Of a stretch of 64,000 nt of DNA, positions 61,232 through 64,000 are shown piece by piece. The stretch spans positions 672,001-736,000 of the forward strand of contig CAWCYI010000006.1 of the NCBI GenBank assembly GCA_963799845.1, written 5' to 3'. The notes under the pieces are model-generated. The model saw only the letters and a program-made list of their open reading frames with translations. It ran no database searches and was not told where the DNA came from. How positions within the stretch are numbered: position 1 is the stretch's first letter; the number at the start of each line of letters is the position of its first letter. Made by a program: the position numbers and the translations under genes. This DNA is from an uncultured Nitrososphaerota archaeon (GTDB lineage: Archaea; Thermoproteota; Nitrososphaeria; Nitrososphaerales; CADDZS01).

Positions 61232-61424
61232 TTGAATTACACTCGGACTCGGAACTTTCGGGCAATATAATGAATTCCTTCTTAGGAATAACTCGACTTT
61301 TCGAGCTCCGTTTCAGCTACTGATAGATGAAACAAGCTAATAGAAAGCAAATCCATTGAGTAATTCGCGCGGTTGCACAACCCCCCTTAGGGGGCCCCTC
61401 ACTCCATCGTGACTTTGTGCGTCC

Positions 61425-61567
61425 GTTCAATTCGTTTCGAGCTCTCTAAGCTCCGTTCAGCTCGTTTCAAGCTCTTCTGAACTTACAGAGCTTGAACGGA
61501 GCTTAGCCGTCAAAACGATCGCGTGGTTGCGAAACGGCAGAATTTTTTTCTAAGAATCAATGGGAAC
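61425..61567 (-). repeat. dispersed AGCT-phased element, copy 2
   Basis: Inverted copy of 43314-43456; internal IR TAAGCTCCGTTCA...TGAACGGAGCTTA. Confidence 0.9.
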
Positions 61568-61603
61568 TCGTAATTAACGTCTCGGGGGCCGACAAGAGAT
61601 TCT

Positions 61604-62800
61604 CTAGTCCAGACTCAATGGGTACGAAGAGATTCTTTCGTTACCTTTCTTGGTGATTACGAACGCGTCTTCTAGTCTGATGCCGCCCGTCTCTTCCGTG
61701 TATATTCCCGGCTCAACGACGACCACGCTCCCTTCCTCAACCGTCTCCTCTGAATTGGGAATGAACCACGGGGGTTCCTGATCGTCCAGTCCGATCGAGT
61801 GACCGGCGTGGTGCAAAAGTTTAGGATAGCCTGCCTTTGTAATTTCGTTGTTCACGGCGGCGTAGATCTCCTTTCCCTTCGTACCCGGCTTCATTATCTC
61901 CTGCGCACGATCAAGCGCCGTTACCAGAGTCTCTGCGACCTTCTCCTGTTTTTTCGAAGGTTTCTTGCCTATGACAAAGGTCCTGCAAAGGTCCGACCAG
62001 TAGTTGTTGTAAGAGGCCTGGAGATCCAAGATGATCGTGTCTCCCTTTTTGAATTTACGACCTGTAGCCCAGCCGCCCACTTCCAGAGACCTTTCTCCTG
62101 AAGCATAGTCCCCGATTATCCAGCCGAACGGACCGAACTTCTCAAAGGCGCGAAAATTGGTCTTCCGATAAACATCGATTTCCGTTTTTCCAGGCTTCGA
62201 ATTTTTCTGCGCGGTCTTGTAGGCGTAATCTATCATTTTGGTTGCTGATCTTAGATTCTCGATTTCGTCGCTGCCCTTAGTCTTACGCATCGAGAGGATG
62301 GTCCGAGAAATTCCGACCAGCTCGGGCCCACCGCCGCCACTCAATATGGCCGATCTGAAGATGTCTGGAAGATGCCACTCCTCGATCCCGAGCCTTCGGA
62401 TTCCCGAGTGCTTCCTGTACCACTTTTGAAACTCGGAAGAAAGGGTGTCGGCATACGTGATCATCCGCTCATTTAGGTCATAATCAATGTAAGTTGATAT
62501 TTCCCCTTCAAAGACGAGCTCCAAACCATTTTTCCCGGATTGTTTTGCAACCCAGGGATTAACGAGCTCTCCCCTTCCAATGAGAAAAGTTGCCTTTCCA
62601 CTATTGTCGATTGCAAGAAAAGAAGTTGATCTCTGCCCCTTCATCAGAGTGAGGTACATGTTGAGGTTGGAAGGGAAACCGCTGAAGTAGAAAATGTGCT
62701 TCGGATTGGAAATAATCGCGAGATCGATATTCTTCTCCTTCATCTCCGAGGCGAAGAGTTCCCGTCTCTCTCTGGGACTGTTGATGCTTTTTCCTGGCAA
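61604..62800 (-). CDS. M24 family peptidase (Xaa-Pro aminopeptidase/creatinase-like)
   Basis: YWSDLCRT, HHAGHSIG, EPGIY and GIRLED. Confidence 0.9.
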   Translation of the reverse strand: MPGKSINSPRERRELFASEMKEKNIDLAIISNPKHIFYFSGFPSNLNMYLTLMKGQRSTSFLAIDNSGKATFLIGRGELVNPWVAKQSGKNGLELVFEGEISTYIDYDLNERMITYADTLSSEFQKWYRKHSGIRRLGIEEWHLPDIFRSAILSGGGGPELVGISRTILSMRKTKGSDEIENLRSATKMIDYAYKTAQKNSKPGKTEIDVYRKTNFRAFEKFGPFGWIIGDYASGERSLEVGGWATGRKFKKGDTIILDLQASYNNYWSDLCRTFVIGKKPSKKQEKVAETLVTALDRAQEIMKPGTKGKEIYAAVNNEITKAGYPKLLHHAGHSIGLDDQEPPWFIPNSEETVEEGSVVVVEPGIYTEETGGIRLEDAFVITKKGNERISSYPLSLD

Positions 62801-62872
62801 GTTGTTACCTCGCCGTGAGGTCGAAGCGAGATAAGTGTTTTTCTCGGTATTTTCGGGCTAGTTCGAACGATC

Positions 62873-63703
62873 TTAAGCCTGGATTGAGCTCTCGACGGCT
62901 CGGGAACTCTTATTCTCGTTGAAGACTTGAGTCGCTTCGTGAACCGTCGCATTCTCGTGGACTACTGCTCTAATTCCCTTGATCATGGCGACGGGGTTGT
63001 CATTCTGCCAGATGTTTCTTCCCATGTCAACGCCAACCGCGCCTTCCCTAATCGCATTGTAGGCAAGCTGGAAAACGTCGATCTCGCTGTTCAGTTTCGG
63101 CCCACCTGCGACAACGATTGGAACCGGACAACCGTTCACCACTTTTGAAAAGTCCTCGCAGTAGTACGTCTTTACGACGTGAACCCCTATTTCTGCGGCA
63201 ATGCGACAGGCGAGGCTAAGGTAGCGCACGTCTCTCTTCTCCAACTCTTTACCAACTGCAGTGATTGCCATTACGGGCATACCATACTCTTCTCCTTCGT
63301 CAACGAGTTTCGCAAGATTAAGTAGCGTCTGTTTTTCGTGGTCAGTTCCAATGAAAATTGAAAGCGCCACCGCACAAACATTCAGCCGGACAGCTTCGCG
63401 CATCGAAGTCGTGATTCCTTCATCGCTCAGATCTTCATGAAGAACGCTGGTTCCTCCGGAGACCCTGAGCAAAATCGGAGTGTCCCACTTCGGATCAACC
63501 GATGTTCGGAGTACTCCTCTAGTGACGGCTAAAGTGTCTGCAAAAGGCAGTAGTGGTTCGATGGTCTTCTTGGGGTTCTCCAACCTGTGGGTAGGGCCCA
63601 TGAAGTAGCCGTGATCGCACGCAAGCATGACGGAATGTCCCGTTGAAGGTTTGATCATTCTCGATAACCTATTTTTTAGTCCCCAATCCATTTTCTTTTC
63701 CAC
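62873..63703 (-). CDS. lsrF: LsrF-like thiolase (DhnA-type class I aldolase family)
   Basis: MDWGLKNRLSR, DHGYFMGP, VKTYY, AGGPK and GVDMGRNIWQ. Confidence 0.85.
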   Translation of the reverse strand: MEKKMDWGLKNRLSRMIKPSTGHSVMLACDHGYFMGPTHRLENPKKTIEPLLPFADTLAVTRGVLRTSVDPKWDTPILLRVSGGTSVLHEDLSDEGITTSMREAVRLNVCAVALSIFIGTDHEKQTLLNLAKLVDEGEEYGMPVMAITAVGKELEKRDVRYLSLACRIAAEIGVHVVKTYYCEDFSKVVNGCPVPIVVAGGPKLNSEIDVFQLAYNAIREGAVGVDMGRNIWQNDNPVAMIKGIRAVVHENATVHEATQVFNENKSSRAVESSIQA

Positions 63704-63801
63704 CTTATCCCGATAGATTTGAGAAACGGGGCGCAGTGCCTATTAATTTATTCATGCGTAAAGAACGCTTAAAATGAGTCAGCCTTCTTGAAATAACGGA
63801 C

Positions 63802-64000
63802 ATGAAAGAAGCTCCAGTCCCGGCAGGAATGAGGATTACTCAAGTGGCAGTTGTCGTGAAAGATCTAAGGAAAACCATGGAATCTTACCACAAGATTCTG
63901 GGATGGGGGCCCTGGAGTGTGTATGAGCACAAGCCGCCGAATCTCCATCACACAACCCTGCACGGGAAGCAGGTTTCCTATTCAATGCTCGGGGCCGAAG
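63802..64000 (+). CDS. VOC/glyoxalase family protein (methylmalonyl-CoA epimerase-like), runs off the window
   Basis: MKEAPVPAGMRITQVAVVVKDLRKTMESYHKILGWGPW. Confidence 0.75.
   Translation, partial: MKEAPVPAGMRITQVAVVVKDLRKTMESYHKILGWGPWSVYEHKPPNLHHTTLHGKQVSYSMLGAE

Overview
Archaeal chromosomal DNA, most likely a TACK/Nitrososphaerota (Thaumarchaeota-like) lineage with heterotrophic gene content. This is inferred from two BHB-intron tRNAs, an ESCRT-III/CdvB gene, an aIF1-DUF2070-Sec61beta block, stand-alone Lrp/AsnC RAM proteins and frequent TTG/GTG starts. The window carries carbon/nitrogen metabolism genes (poxB, pyk, split glutamate synthase, CoA-transferase, LLM oxidoreductases, lsrF-like thiolase, Zn-ADH), two Opp/Dpp ABC clusters with peptidases, and three IS elements: an IS630 in an ABC ATPase gene, and an ISH3-like element nested in the left-end hairpin of an IS605 tnpA/tnpB element. 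The most striking observations are: (1) a 374-aa LAGLIDADG intein inserted between the two Cys ligands of a C2H2 zinc finger; (2) a dispersed intergenic element in two copies, with seven AGCT-type motifs at ~10-bp phasing; (3) a candidate structured non-coding RNA at ~3.8-4.0 kb; (4) several genes that appear to start with CTG; (5) a Lys-rich protein with four PxTFxxWxxKQ repeats. About ten single-base frameshifts in otherwise intact genes suggest assembly indel errors, so those splits should not be read as biology without read support. All family calls come from motif recognition by eye; no database search was run.
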